A program made the translations under genes and the position numbers. Of a stretch of 64,000 nucleotides of DNA, positions 51,668 through 64,000 are shown piece after piece (positions within the stretch are counted from its first letter, which is position 1; each line of letters starts with the position of its first letter). This DNA comes from Pelomyxa schiedti (lineage: Eukaryota > Protista > Evosea): assembly GCA_020536535.1 (NCBI GenBank), contig JAHLWZ010000693.1, positions 62,001 to 126,000 on the forward strand. The letters are read 5' to 3'. Below the pieces are notes generated by a model. That model searched no databases. It was given only the letters and a program-made list of their open reading frames with translations, and was not told the DNA's origin.

Positions 51668-52761
51668 TCACTGGTCATTGTGTGATTGGCGTGGGTATTT
51701 TATCAGTAACGGGCTTGAGCGCAATACCAATACAGCGAGTCCACAGACAATCACATCAATACTATACACAACCAATACGGCGGCTATGCAGCTCCCATTA
51801 GTGCCGTTCAACAATGTCTGTTACCGGAATGTGAGTTAGGAATTATTCTGAACGGGAAGAGGGTGGCTTCGCAAACTGAAAAAGATGCTGCATAGTGGGA
51901 TATCCAGACTGCGGCGACAAAAAGCCATTTGCGTCTGCAGTAAGCCTCGAATGCAATCAGGGATAGAAGGATGTGGAGTATCAAAAAGGCAGCAGCGATT
52001 GCGCCTGTTGTTGGTGGTTTTTTTTTTTTTTTTTTTAGTAAAGCTTCTTTAACCAGTGAGAAGGGACCATTTATCATAAACAAAGAGACGCGGCTGCATG
52101 AATCACAGAAAAGCGCACCAGGGCCGATTGACTCCCAAAGTATAGTTACATAGGTGACAAGAACATACACCACACCGGAGCCAAGACCGAGAGCTGTCAT
52201 TGAGGTTAGAAATGCGTGGAGGTTATGTCTTGGGCGCCAACCTACAGACACCAGCAGTCTATTGGGAAATTCTTTTGAAAGCCCCATTCTCTCAAGTCGT
52301 CTTTCTATAAGCCTAGATGATAGATGAGGATAAAAAGTGGGTTGAAGCAAGTTGGCTTCTATTCCTATACTAAGAAAATTCCAAAAGAACATGTACATGT
52401 ATAACAGGCAGAATCCCAGTCGAACCAATTCCTGGAACATTACTGCGTAAATTATACTGGCCCAGTATACATCCTTTCCCGGCAGTAGGTACCACATCAT
52501 GGAAGAAAAAAGCACTCCAACTAGCCACACAAAGGCACTGCACACACGCCCCCATCAGTTCAAATTACAATACGTGCAACGATAAACAAACAAACAGAAA
52601 AAAAAAAAACAGGGCCGCGGGGGGTGTCATTGGTGTGTGGGGCATCACCCTCCAATGGTCAAAATTATGAGCTGGGGGTCTCTGATCACCAGACCAACAA
52701 ACACAGCCACCGCTGGTGCGAATGACACCACCAGCCCCCCAACAAACACAACCCATGTCAT
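51668..52761 (-). CDS. APH1: Gamma-secretase subunit APH-1
   Basis: MTWVVFVGGLVVSFAPAVAVFVGLVIRDPQLIILTIGG, AVMFQELVRLG, GLGSGVV (GxxxG), ILWESIGPG, LILHILLS and SHYAASF. Confidence 0.9.
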
Positions 52762-52942
52762 CCTTGTACTTTTTTCATTAATTTTGTTGTTTCAGTGAGG
52801 GGTTTTTTTCCCTAACTGATTGGGGTCTGTTGGTAGTGCCCAGACGAAACGAAAGTGATAAAGCAACAAAGGCAACACAAGAATGTTTCGACATGTATTT
52901 GGGAGTCTCTGCACAAAATTGAATGTTGGTGGTTCGGTGGGG

Positions 52943-55900
52943 TTAATCCTCTATCATGTAAGGCGATAGTTTCTTGAAGTCCAGTGGTTCAAAGGCATAC
53001 CCGTCACCCTCTGTGCAAATGTGAGTTGGGGGAAAAAGGATTAGGATGGGATAGTACGGTAGAATTTGTTTTGAAACTCCACCCTGGATAAAAATTACAA
53101 TTAGCTAAACAGCCAGTAAAAAAGAAAGGGAAAACCAATGAAGTCGAAGTGCGTGCAAGAAAGCGGATAGCGCCTCCATCACCAGAAGTACACCAATGGT
53201 TGCTCCTCCCCAAACGGCGAAGCCAGCAAAAATTTCTATGAAGTTCTTGGACTTGATTGTTGTAAGAAGCACTTGCTCGTAAAACACCAAAGACAATTCT
53301 GTGAGATGCTTAAGAAAATAGGGTACATAACAAACTCATACCGGCATGTGCCAAGCTAAGTGCCCAAAGTCGAAGGTAAGATGCAGTATTTGAGATGCAT
53401 CCCAGAACGAACTCGATTGTGTGAATTGCTTGGTGAATGAAGGCCTCACTGAAAACAAACTCTTCGCCGTGGCCTCCATGGCCTCCCCCTCCATGTGATT
53501 CTGGCGTTGTTACAGCACCTATAGCCTCTAGCTCCACGTCCTCACTAGCTTCCTTGAGAATTACATGTTTAGCTGCACGTTTGCTCTGCCACAGTTGAAT
53601 AAATGGCTTTGGCAGTAGCATAACGAAAATTGCAATGACAGAGACTATAGCAATGGCTGTTTGGACCGACGCCTGATTTGTAAATTAGAAGCCTATTCAA
53701 CAATAATGAGTGGTAACCTGTCCAGGGTACATCTCCTCCTCCTTAGGTAAATTTCCGAAGGACAAAAATATATCAATCAGAACGTTAATGAGGTAGGGCT
53801 CATTTTCACGCATTTTTGTCCATTTCAGGAAAATTAGGACAACCAAGTAACCAAACAGGAGGTTCATAAACAGAATCTGATGCATGAAGAACATTAAATC
53901 TCGGGAGAGAATCAAAGGGGGGATGTAACTTGTGGTATGAAGTCAAAAATAATGTTGAGAGGCTTTCGGAAGTGAATGTGATTAAACAAACCCATGATAA
54001 TTCCCAGTGTCATCTTCATACTCTTAGTGATGAACAAATAAGAAAAAAAGAGAAACCTGGACGACCCCAAAAATTACTGATAACTTCATTTTGAAGGAGT
54101 TGTAGTAATAAAGTTCGTTATCGGCACCTTTCCAAATCTATTTAATGTTATCGGTGAACCCCTCCAGTACGATGCATACAGAGTCTACACCGAATTCGTA
54201 TACTCTGTCCGGGTCCTTAGTACACCAGTTGTTTTCATCACAAGTCCACGCGGTACCACACAAATTCACACCAATTCCAAAAACCTTCATGGATAAGTTA
54301 TCGAAAGAGTGAATGATCATTACGTCGTTGTAGATGAAACCAGTGAAGATTGAAAAGAGAGCCATGAACAACAAAAGATACCGCCCATTGAACAGCATGA
54401 AAACGATCTAGGGAAGATTTACACATCACCATAAAAGAGACAAGTTCCTACCTCATTCAACTTCATCTTTCCCATTTTTTTCTCGAAGAATATCAGACAC
54501 AATGTGAATAGTAGCATCATTACAGCATGTCCTGTATCCCCAAACATCACAGCAAACAAGAAGGGGAACGTTATCAACGAGAATACCGCTGTAAACAGTC
54601 ATTGATTGTGGAAACGGGCGAAAAGTTCTACTTGGGTTGACTTCTCCATAGCGAGGTGTTCCATAGGCATCAATGATAACTTGCATACAGTAGGTAAATT
54701 TATTTGTTTGGTAAAACGTGGGAGGCTCCTCATCAATTGGTATAATGCTCATGATAGTAGCTACCTGGGAGCCACTTCTGGCCTTTTAGGTTATCAAAAT
54801 TAGGTTTCTGGTGGGGTAATAGGTGTATTGCTCTTACAGTTGCTCTGTTAAGAGCATTCAATATCTCATCGGTGGCACTCGTTGGGCACCAGCCTTCCGC
54901 AATGAGGCATCTGCATATGGGTTGGGTATTAATGGAAGGTGAAGAAAATGGAGACATACTTTCTACCAACATCATAGTTAAACATGTTTAATGTGTGATA
55001 TGTGGCCTTTTCTTTTCTTACTAGAATAACCCACGTGGGCATTGACTGGTTGACAGTAGCAAGCAATTCTCTGCGGTGTTGTGATGACCTCTCAATCACC
55101 TGGAAGGTGGGAGAAAAAGGGAAAAACTCATGTAGAGAACACACAGTTTTCATGTCTTCAAGTCTGCCAGAAACCTGGGTGAGCAGAGTTTGGCGTTCAG
55201 TGTTTGTTTCTGGTACATTAAAGACTCGTGCGCTGAAAGATTCGCAAATTTTGTGAATTTTCACTTGCGATTGCTGCCCCTGGCAAAAAATGAAGAATAC
55301 ACATTTCTCTACAGGTTCGCCCTGGGTGATACGTTAAGTTACAAATGGGAATAACTCAGCTTACTGTTGATGGGTCAACAATCTTCTCCTCAATAGGCTC
55401 AACTTTCATTACCAGATTACCACGGAGGACACGCCACAAAACACGCTCAAAATGAACAAATTCCGTTTTTGATATAACTCCTGCCACCATTCTGAGGCGA
55501 GTTAAACGTAAAAAAGGAATGCAGTTGTACTTACACAAGCTTGCCCACAGAACCTGCTCCTCCCTCCTCCAACAAATTCTTCTTATTTATGTCATCTGAA
55601 CTTATTTCCATATCCTGTTTCCCAAAGAAAACCGATCACACAAGGTTGAGCAAAAAAGAAAGCATACTGGGAGTGTCTCGTCATACATGTTGCTCTTCAG
55701 GGCGCACCGCATCTCAGTCAACTCATTGAAATTTCTAAGCAATACTTCTTGGTTGCCGTTAATTTGTCGTAAATCGCGCTCTTGAGTATCAAGGAAAGCC
55801 TGGTAATATGAAATTAAAGGTAAAAACTCCAAAACAAAAAATTTAGATACCTCAAGTTCGCTGAGATCCAATGGTTTTTCTGGTGGCGGTGCTGTGCAAA

Positions 55901-56252
55901 ATGATTCCAACTTGAGAGGTGGTTTCTCTGATTGGAGTTCAACTGTTTCGCGTGCTATCTGAGATGAAATGAGCTCCTCAAATGGAAAAAGAGGCTACCT
56001 GCTCCGCAAGAAAGCGTAGCTTTCTCTCAAGCTCTTCACAATGTTTAACCTCAGTTACAAAAGTTCGTTGGAAGGAATTAATGGCTTGGTTCAGCTGGGA
56101 GGCAAATCAGAATGCCAAAAAGTCAGTGGACATACATCTTTGAACTGCAAAGAACCCAGCTCGCCCAATTCATCAAGTGTGTCGTGTGCAGAGTCCTTTT
56201 GGATGAACAGCTGCACCTTTTGCATCGGCTGAGACCTCCATATTGATCCCAT
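52943..56252 (-). CDS. V-type H+-ATPase V0 subunit a
   Basis: [60 protein letters not shown]...[50 protein letters not shown] and [19 protein letters not shown]. Confidence 0.96.
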
Positions 56253-56907
56253 TCTTGAGTTTTACCTGAGAGTGTGTCACGCACAGCAACAACCAACATA
56301 GTCATAAAAACAGAGATAAAAAAAGACATAGGCGATTTGTTTAGACGATACTCTTAAAAGGAAGTACAAGGCGGAGGGGAAAAAAAGAAAAACAGGGCAA
56401 AGTGGTACAATGGTATGGTCGTATGCGTAATAAAAAAATACGATCATAATGTCGCGTGCATAAAGAACAAAGGAAACTCACTCGAAGATCTGTGTAACGT
56501 AGAACCGGAGGGCCTAGGCGTGCCTCGAACCCGACAAAGAAAAAAAAAAATAGTTTTAATTTAGGTTGTGGTCTTTTCTGGTGCTCAGCGAGCGCAGAGA
56601 ACAAGCACGAAGAAAACACACAAATTCTAGAAGGGAACAGATCCCGCTTCGGAGCAGGGCTCCTTTTTGTTAAATTATTTTCAGATCTCGTTGCATCACA
56701 CATCACGTCTCGTTCGTTCGCCCGAGCCCCCTCCCTTTTTCTCAATCTTCTTCTTCGACTTTCCGCAAGGGCACCAAATTGGGCGCAGGCCACTCTGACG
56801 TCTTGAGTGTACTTACCAATCAGAGAAACTGCAAAGTCAAAGAGCCGCGCAGCGAAAAAAAATCATAAAGTTACAATGTCGTGTGGGCTTGTATTGTTGT
56901 GGGTGGG

Positions 56908-57804
56908 CTAATTTCTAGCCGGGAGTGAGGGCTTTGTGAGTGGAGGAGGAGGAGGTGTTTTGTTGTTGTTATTATTATTCTCATTGGGACTGTCAGGCCG
57001 GGCACTGTGTTGCGCCGTTGTTTCTTGTGTTGCAGAACTACAGGACTGCGTGGAGTGCGGCGGCTTTTCCTCGGCGGAGGGACCCGTGCGTTGCGGTGCC
57101 GCCGGGAGTTTGTTGGCGGGTGGCGGGGGTGGTTTGCTTGTGGGAGGGGGCGGCTTGGTTCCCGGAGGCGGCGGAGGGGGTGGCTTGGTGCTGGGCGGTG
57201 TGGGCTTTGGTGCTGTTTGCGCAGCGGGGGTTTGTGCTGGGTGCCGGGCCGGAGTTGCGGGGCCGGGCCCGCTGCTGTATTCCTTGTGCACGTTTGTATG
57301 TGTGGGAGGGGGAGGGAAGTCTGAAATAGGGTGGAAGTCCCATCTTCCCTCATGCTCACAACTCGCTGATGCATTTCCGTCCCCTTCTGTGTGTAATTGT
57401 AGGATATAATCGTGTCAATAGAAACACAGCAAGAAGAGACCATATGTCATTCTTTTGTGCTTCTCACTTGATGACAGAAGAAGTTTTGACGAAGCTGTGG
57501 AAATGGATTTCCAACACATCAGAAGAGTAGTAGAGGTAAGTCCAATAAAATGAGAGTAACTTATATAAATCACTGAACTAACTAGTACTTATCCCCATCA
57601 TTAAGTCACTACAATTTGGAATGTTCAACTATTCATTACCTCTTGAAGGGACAAGTGGAGCCTCTATTGTTGATTGGGTTTTTGGGCATACAGTCAAAAG
57701 TAAGCAAAGAAAATTGAGTGAAAAAAAAAACCCTGGCACAACACAAAACACAGCAAAGAGTGAATTTTACGAAGAGAACGGCTGGGAACAGGCGGGGCGG
57801 TCAT
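56908..57804 (-). CDS. Proline-rich WIP/verprolin-type WASP-binding-motif protein
   Basis: In-frame CEHEGRWDFHPISDFPPPPTHTNVHKEYSS (~57270-57360) matches the WIP WASP-binding domain (FxFHPISDLPPPEPY..TTKSYPS). It is flanked by APPVPSR/APLVPSR motifs and long poly-Pro runs. The upstream exons are tentative. Confidence 0.68.
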
Positions 57805-58041
57805 TGATTCGAGTTTCGCCAATTCGCTGTTCAAACTGCCCAGATCCAAGATCCACTCACAACGTAGATCTCAGTGGAACATTTTCGTAGATTTCTGCAC
57901 ATGAGGCATCATCACACAGTGAGCTTTTCGAAAATTAAAGAACACGCGAAATTTCGTTCGCTCATTTACATCAAGTCACGAGACGCGTTTCGATATAAAA
58001 AGTAAAAAAAAACACCAGCGCCGATGGTAACTCCCCCCGTC

Positions 58042-60587
58042 ATGCGACACCACTCCCCTGCCGATATTTATGTCAAAGTTTTTTGGCTAGATGTGTAATA
58101 TAATAAAACAAAAATCTAGGATGGCGGAGGCGGATATGATCTTAATAGACGCATGCCAAGTCCTGCCGAACCACAGTCACACAAGCGCGGTAGGTCGCGA
58201 TATTCGAGTCAATGCACCAATTTCGTAGTTACTTCACGGCAGCAGGAAAACAACCAGGGTGCACCTTCGGTTTCTCCTCACGTGGTAGCACCCTCATCCA
58301 GAGAGCATTCTGCTTGCAGTAACTCTCCTACTATAAATTACGACAGTGCCGGTGCCGCCAATGGTGCTGGCTCTGTCCACACTACTAGTACATCAACGAC
58401 GTCGACTCCCTCTCTTCTCAATTCACGCGATAGGCGAACTGCGTGTTCTCCTTTACAATCTCTGAGTGATATCCCCAAACATTACCCTGGCAATCAATTG
58501 TGGGAAGTAACCAGTCGCCCACTATCTCCAACACGTTTCCCACCCCCACCCCCACCCAATACACAGAACCTCACTCCTCCTTCCAATTGCCCCCTTCCCC
58601 CTTTCACCATAAACGCCACTGTCAACATCAATCCAAATGGTGTGACTCCCACGGCAAATCTCAATATAAATATTATGATGACTCCGAACTACACTGCGTC
58701 TTCTCCCACTTGTACACCTCTCTCGTCCGGCAATGTATTCCACTCTCCAACGCCTACACATTCTCCAGCCGTTGGTGACTTCAATTATGGAGTGACTCGG
58801 CTTGCAGATAGCGAAGTTGTATATAGAACACGTACCTCCCCTAAACCTTGCTTTGAAGGAAGAGTACACCTGGGCTACGGTCTGGGGCAAGGTAGTGCAA
58901 TTTTCAGTTGGCCTATTCTAAACAAAACTTTTCAGGCGCTTATGCCAAAGTCAAAGAAGGCTATGATACACAATTACAGAAGAGAGTAGCAGTCAAAATT
59001 CTGAAGGTTTCAGCCATTAGTAGCTTCTGAAATCTCTGAGCATTTTGTGCAGAAGAATACTTTATCAAGAATACCTGGGGCAACTGAAGCACTGATCCGA
59101 GAAATTGATATTATGCGCACATTGGAACACCCAAATGTAGTTTATTTTGTTGCCAACTGGGAAGATAGGCTCACAGGAAAAATGTGATTATTCATCACAA
59201 ATTTGTCCTTTGTTTGACAAGCCTAGATACATTGCCCAAGAGTATGTGAGTGGAGGAACTCTTTTTGATCTAATGCGAAGAGCCCCAAAGATGAGAATTC
59301 CTTTCACACAAGCACATAGGTTGATCTCAATGTATCTATCACTCACCAAATTAATTTTCTTTCAGTATTTTTCAATCTCTTCTTTCTGGTCTAAGTTATA
59401 TCCACGGAAATCATATCTTTCACAGGTTCATCCCTTTGGTACATTGTTCAAACTAACCAATATGCTCAGAGACATAAAACCAGATAATTGCTTGCTCTGT
59501 GACAATTTAACTATTAAAATTTGTGACTTCGGGTGTGCTGTAGTAAGTGCACAGTGTTCATTTTCTTCCTCTCTCAATGTTTTCAGCGAGCATCTCCCAA
59601 TTCACTTGAAACCATTGGCGTTGGATCACCTGCATTCCAACCTCCTGAGGTAGCCAAAGATGGGAAAACTTCCAATGGTTATAAGCTTGATTCGTGGGCA
59701 GCGGGTGTCACATTGTAAGACTTTAATTATTATCCTTTCTCATCGCTGTATAGATTTTATATGACAGTTGGGGAGTTTCCTTTTCCTGTCTCCTCCAACT
59801 CTGCACTACTAATGCTGTATGAAATTTTGGCGCAGTGCAGGTCTCAACAAAGAATAAAAATGTGAATAAATGAGTTCTAACATCAAGCAGCTATGATGTT
59901 CCGAGTTGGGTTCCAGAGGATCTCAGCAACCTCCTCCGGTGTATTCTTGTACCCAACCCAGAGGAACGGTTTTCTGTGGAACAAATTCTGTCTCATCGGT
60001 ACATTTCTTTTCTTTCCTCCAAAAAAAGAAATAAAGTGAAAGAAAGGTGGATGCAGCCCGAGAAAAGTGAATCATCAGTAGTTGAACCAGAAAACATTCC
60101 AACTGTACCAGCAGGGACAATGTTCTCTCCTGAAGTGATACAATCACTACAGAAGAAGCGCACCCCGGCATCCCTCCATCGCCACCATCACCGTGCCTCC
60201 GTGCCACTGAATGAGGCCCCAGTTCCCGTCCCGGCACCATTTTCAACATCCACACCACTTCTCCCACCTAAGCCTCCCCCACAGCCTGAGACTCAGCCTT
60301 CACCCCTTGCTTCTACCGCCACAGAAGCCACCGCCACCGCAACTGCAACAGCAATCACCACTACAAAAACAGACCCCGACACAACACTTAGTACTATGAG
60401 TGCCTCCACGTGTACACTACCTTCTCACCCATCTCAATCACCAAAACCACACCATCACAAGAAACACAAGAACAAAGGCCGTACCAGCTCAGAAGTATCT
60501 CTCTTCTCTGATTCCACTTTACGTCCAAAGCGCACCAACAACGCCAACAGGTGCACACCCCCAAAGTGGTGGTGTTCAGTCTTGTGA
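58042..60587 (+). CDS. STK11: Ser/Thr kinase, LKB1/STK11-like, with C-terminal CaaX
   Basis: [73 protein letters not shown] (LKB1 signature [11 protein letters not shown]), ending CSVL*. The start may be 58042 (via an intron) or 58153. Confidence 0.85.
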
Positions 60588-60688
60588 CTGTTTGTATCAT
60601 TAAAGACAATTTTGCCAATTTGTTGAATGCCGTTATTTTGTGGGGTAATTCACATTGTTCTATTGACTTTGTTCCTATTATAATGGCA

Positions 60689-63600
60689 CTACACTCTGTT
60701 TGCTTGGTTTTGTGTTGGGAAGCGGTATGGTGCTGTGTGGTGTGTGGCGTGGTGTGAATTGGTGAGTGTTGCGCTGCCACTGTTTGATACTGATGACGAT
60801 GAGGAGGCATTTGCACTCGGGGGTGTGGTGCGGTTTCTGAGGTGCAGGGGTGTTGTGGTTGTGGTCGTGGTCGTGGTAGTAGTTGTTGGTGTGGGACGGG
60901 AAGGTTGTGTTGTAAGTGGAGGCGCGGCTACGATGGAGACTGGGCGTTGTGGGAGTGGTGGAAGAGTGGAAGCAGGTAAGTTACTTGGAGCAGAAGAAGC
61001 ATCGGTTTTGCGGGTGGTTGGGGGTCTTCGGTCTGTTCTGGGGGTTGGGGTTTCCCCGAGCCGTGTCATCAGGTCGATAATTTCTTGCTCACTCCACCCG
61101 ACAGCGGAGTCAATGCGGGGAGTACTGGTTACGATGGCCTGAGGTGCTTCAATGTCAACTGCTGTCTGCCTTCCTCATTACTTCTCAGGATGTATAAAGG
61201 TGGAGAATACGTTGGGTATCTGGTCAATTCGTAGTCTAGGAACCTTCTGAAGAGACCTCTTTGCATTGACCACAGCAGCTTGCAAATTATTGGGGGAAGA
61301 AGAAATTGCCTGAGAGATAACTTGAGCAGCCCTGTTTTCCGCGACTGCCAGCAGCAAGGTAAGGATGTGCAAAGAATCAAAAAGGATGAATAAAATCAAA
61401 CCAAACACCGGTTTCACAGGCGGCTGCGACAATATAAGTAGGAAGATCGATTGCATCAGCTAGAGGAATGAACCGGCCCTGCGTAAAGTCTGACACCTGC
61501 GTGTAGTAATCTTATTCAAAGAGGGACATTAGAAACGAACGAAGAAGGAGATGGAAATACACGCTGTTTGAGGAAAATAATCTATTCCAAATTCAGATCC
61601 AAGGCAACCAATGATGTAGACCCGGGCATTTATATTACTTAGGTACAAACAAGAATCAACAACATCACGTCCACATGGGCAACCTGGGGGGTGTTTGCGA
61701 ATTAAGAGAGGTACAAAGAGATACCATCGCTATAATTATCGCACTCTGGGCCAATTCCATCAAGGCCATGTGGAGGGGCATCCGTGACTAGGACAACAAA
61801 TTTTATTGCATCCGACCACTCAAGTTGAGTTACTAAGTCCATCCCATCTGAGACAGCCTCGGGAATGTCACCTCCGCCATCAGCTTGAAGTAGAGCAAGG
61901 CAAGACTCTATTTGACTTACATCCGAGGTGAAGGGTGAAATTATAGAACCTTAGTTTGTGAGATAGTGGCAGGGAAAAAGTGTGTACCAGCACTATCGAA
62001 AGTGGATTGTGATTCGGATTCAGGAGGTGGATGATCACCAAAAATCACAAGAGCCATACGAAGGGATACATGCTCAGTTTCCCTGAGCTGAAAGATAATT
62101 AATAACATTAAATGGGACAGTAGGTACTGTTTGTATCATAGATCTTATTTTCAATGTAACGGAGTCAATGTAAGGTTGCATGGAACCGGTGCAATCCATG
62201 CAAAAAGCAATGTCAAGTTTGGTAATATCCATTTGTGCAGCTGCTTTTTGCCTGGGTGTTTGAGGGGGTGCAACAAAGTCTGGTCCGGCAGATACAGGTG
62301 AAACTAAATTGGATTTTGGGGGACCACGCTCAGTGTTTTGCTCCAGTGACTTGGGAGGAGACATAGTTGGTGGAATTGAATTTGGAGTCTGATTCACCAC
62401 CTCAAATTGGGGCACAGTTTGCTCCACTGGTAACTCGTTTTCATGTTCCATGCTCAATAAAATTGCTCTTTTTGTATCCTCATCCAGTTGCTCCAAGTCT
62501 TCCTCGAAGGCAGAAGTCTCCTTCACTTCACTTTTTACACTGGGTTCTGGGATGGAGACTTGAGGAGATGTCGAAGGTGGAGGGGGCACAGTTTTAGGGG
62601 AATTTGGGGTCATTGACGGGTCTGGAGGTTTTGAGAGTGATGTACGCGGAGAAATTAATGTACGGCTTTGAGTTCGGCTAGTTGTCACATGTGAGTGAGG
62701 AGCCTTGGGGCTTGGCTGTGGTATTGTGTGGTCATTGCTTGGAGCTGTTAAAGGCTCAAAGGATCTTGTGTGATCGATGTCGGGAGAAATTTGAGCATTA
62801 AATGAAGGCTTCTGTGTACTCAAGGGCTCCACTGGGGGAAGTGGCTCGTGATGTACCACTGCTGACTGCGGAGTATCTGAAAGGTGGTGAGAATGCAAGT
62901 TCTCCGATTCTTCGATTTGATGAGATGTCAGGGGGCTATCTTTAGTATTAATTTCGTGAGCTTCTTCCTGTTGTGGGGTAGTTCTTCTGGGGGTGGCTCT
63001 TGAGCTATTTCTTTGGGAATCTCTTGGAGTACTGCGAGGGGTTCCTCTTTGAGTGCTTGGGGTACTTCTTGTGGGTTCTCGTGCTTTTGTCAGGGTGTCT
63101 CTAGGCGTTGCTTTTGCAGTGGTCACCCTAGGGCTGCTTCTTGCGGTATCTCTTGCAACTCCTCTTGTAGAAGTTGGTGCAGGGTTACTACTAGGCGGTT
63201 CCCTTGTAGTATTTCTTGGCGTTTGTTTTTGTGTACTTGGCGGTATTTCCTCATTATGATGTTCTCTCCTGCTATCTTGAGGCGCGGTACTGTTACGAGC
63301 AGAAGAAGGGTGCTGGGTATTTTCATTTTTGGAAATGAGGTGTCCATTTGTTGGTAATGATGAAGAGGGTGTATGTGGAGAAGGTGGTGCGGTTGGGGAA
63401 GTCGTTCCCTCTTCAGATTTCGTGGAACTTTCAGGAGGTTTCTGGGTTTGCTATTTATCTGTTAGTACTTGTTCCCACATTCCAACCCCACCCATTTTTT
63501 TTTAAAAAGGAAAAAGACCAGCTGTAAAACTAGAAGTTCGAGCTGCTTATATTTCTCTTTTAACTCAGCAAGTTCTTCTTCAGCACTTGTTGCTTTTATT

Positions 63601-64000
63601 TGAGGGGGAGGGGTTTGCCTCGTTCGTGCACGTTTTTGTTGGAAAGCATTATGCCACAAACTAACATAAAGTGCTATGGCTCTCTCATCAGTCTGATGAA
63701 GGAATATCAATTACAAGATATTACGAAATGCGCACATTTCCCACGGCAAAGTCAGTAACCTCCAGTAGGCGCGGAATTCCCATTTCGTCTTCAGCATATT
63801 TAATTGCTCTTGCAAGTCTTTCCCTTGGTTGGATCTGAGACTGTTGTTATGTTTGTTTGTTGAATAGTCATACCTCGAGTAAATCCTGCCAGGAAGCGCC
63901 AGATATGTCACCAAGTCCGTGCAGATGAGCGAGAGCTGCTAGCACAGATCCATCAGAAAAACTTTTGTGTGTTACAAGTCAGGAGATTGAAAGGCACCAC
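60689..64000 (-). CDS. Partial gene: T/P-rich low-complexity region plus vWA domain (alpha-kinase-associated type); 5' end beyond the window
   Basis: LDIAFCMDCTGSMQPYIDSV (MIDAS), LRMALVIFGDHPP, QADGGGDIPEAVSDG and FVVLVTDAPPHG, with coiled-coil exons near 63500-63900. Confidence 0.75.

Noticed and set aside
56500-56540. GGGTTCGAG on the minus strand suggesting a tRNA T-loop
   Set aside because: The flanks do not form a T-stem or cloverleaf.
57410-57710. Plus-strand frame YVILLCFSLDDRRSFDEAV resembling a Rho/Ras GTPase
   Set aside because: There is no proper G1 P-loop, DxxG or NKxD motif, and the minus strand carries a convincing WIP WASP-binding motif with consistent splice sites.

Overview
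This is gene-dense, intron-rich eukaryotic DNA with short GT-AG introns and 40-650 bp intergenic gaps. The ORF track therefore shows only exon fragments, and I assembled gene models by eye across introns. Boundaries are approximate, and quoted peptides often join exons. Gene content points to an amoebozoan, most plausibly an anaerobic archamoeba such as Pelomyxa; this is inference, not a database match. I found about 27 protein-coding genes: an SsnA-like amidohydrolase, a TALE homeobox, a receptor-type cyclic-nucleotide PDE, an integrin-beta-like protein, a giant CBM/LamG/LRR/EGF surface protein, a high-Mr thioredoxin reductase, an SVOP-like MFS, a beta-propeller, UFSP2, a METTL21-like methyltransferase, an F-box protein, PIG-X, LYAR, SIAE, a ParB-like protein, a Q-rich Myb, an intronless ankyrin protein, YEATS4/Yaf9, PrxQ/BCP, NDC1, APH1, V-ATPase subunit a, a WIP-like protein, an LKB1-like kinase, a partial vWA protein and two hypotheticals. 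Highlights missed by the ORF track: (1) the TrxR ends Gly-Cys-UGA(Sec)-Gly-stop and has a well-formed type II SECIS plus a second long hairpin starting 7 nt after the UGA; (2) an integrin-beta architecture (PSI, beta-I/MIDAS, CGVCGG-repeat stalk, TM, NPxY/NPxF tail) sits head-to-head with a huge LRR-EGF receptor; (3) a bacterial-type ssnA, linked in bacteria to selenium-dependent anaerobic purine degradation, carries spliceosomal introns; (4) a single-pass receptor has a cytoplasmic class I PDE domain. I saw no rRNA, tRNA, CRISPR array or transposon.
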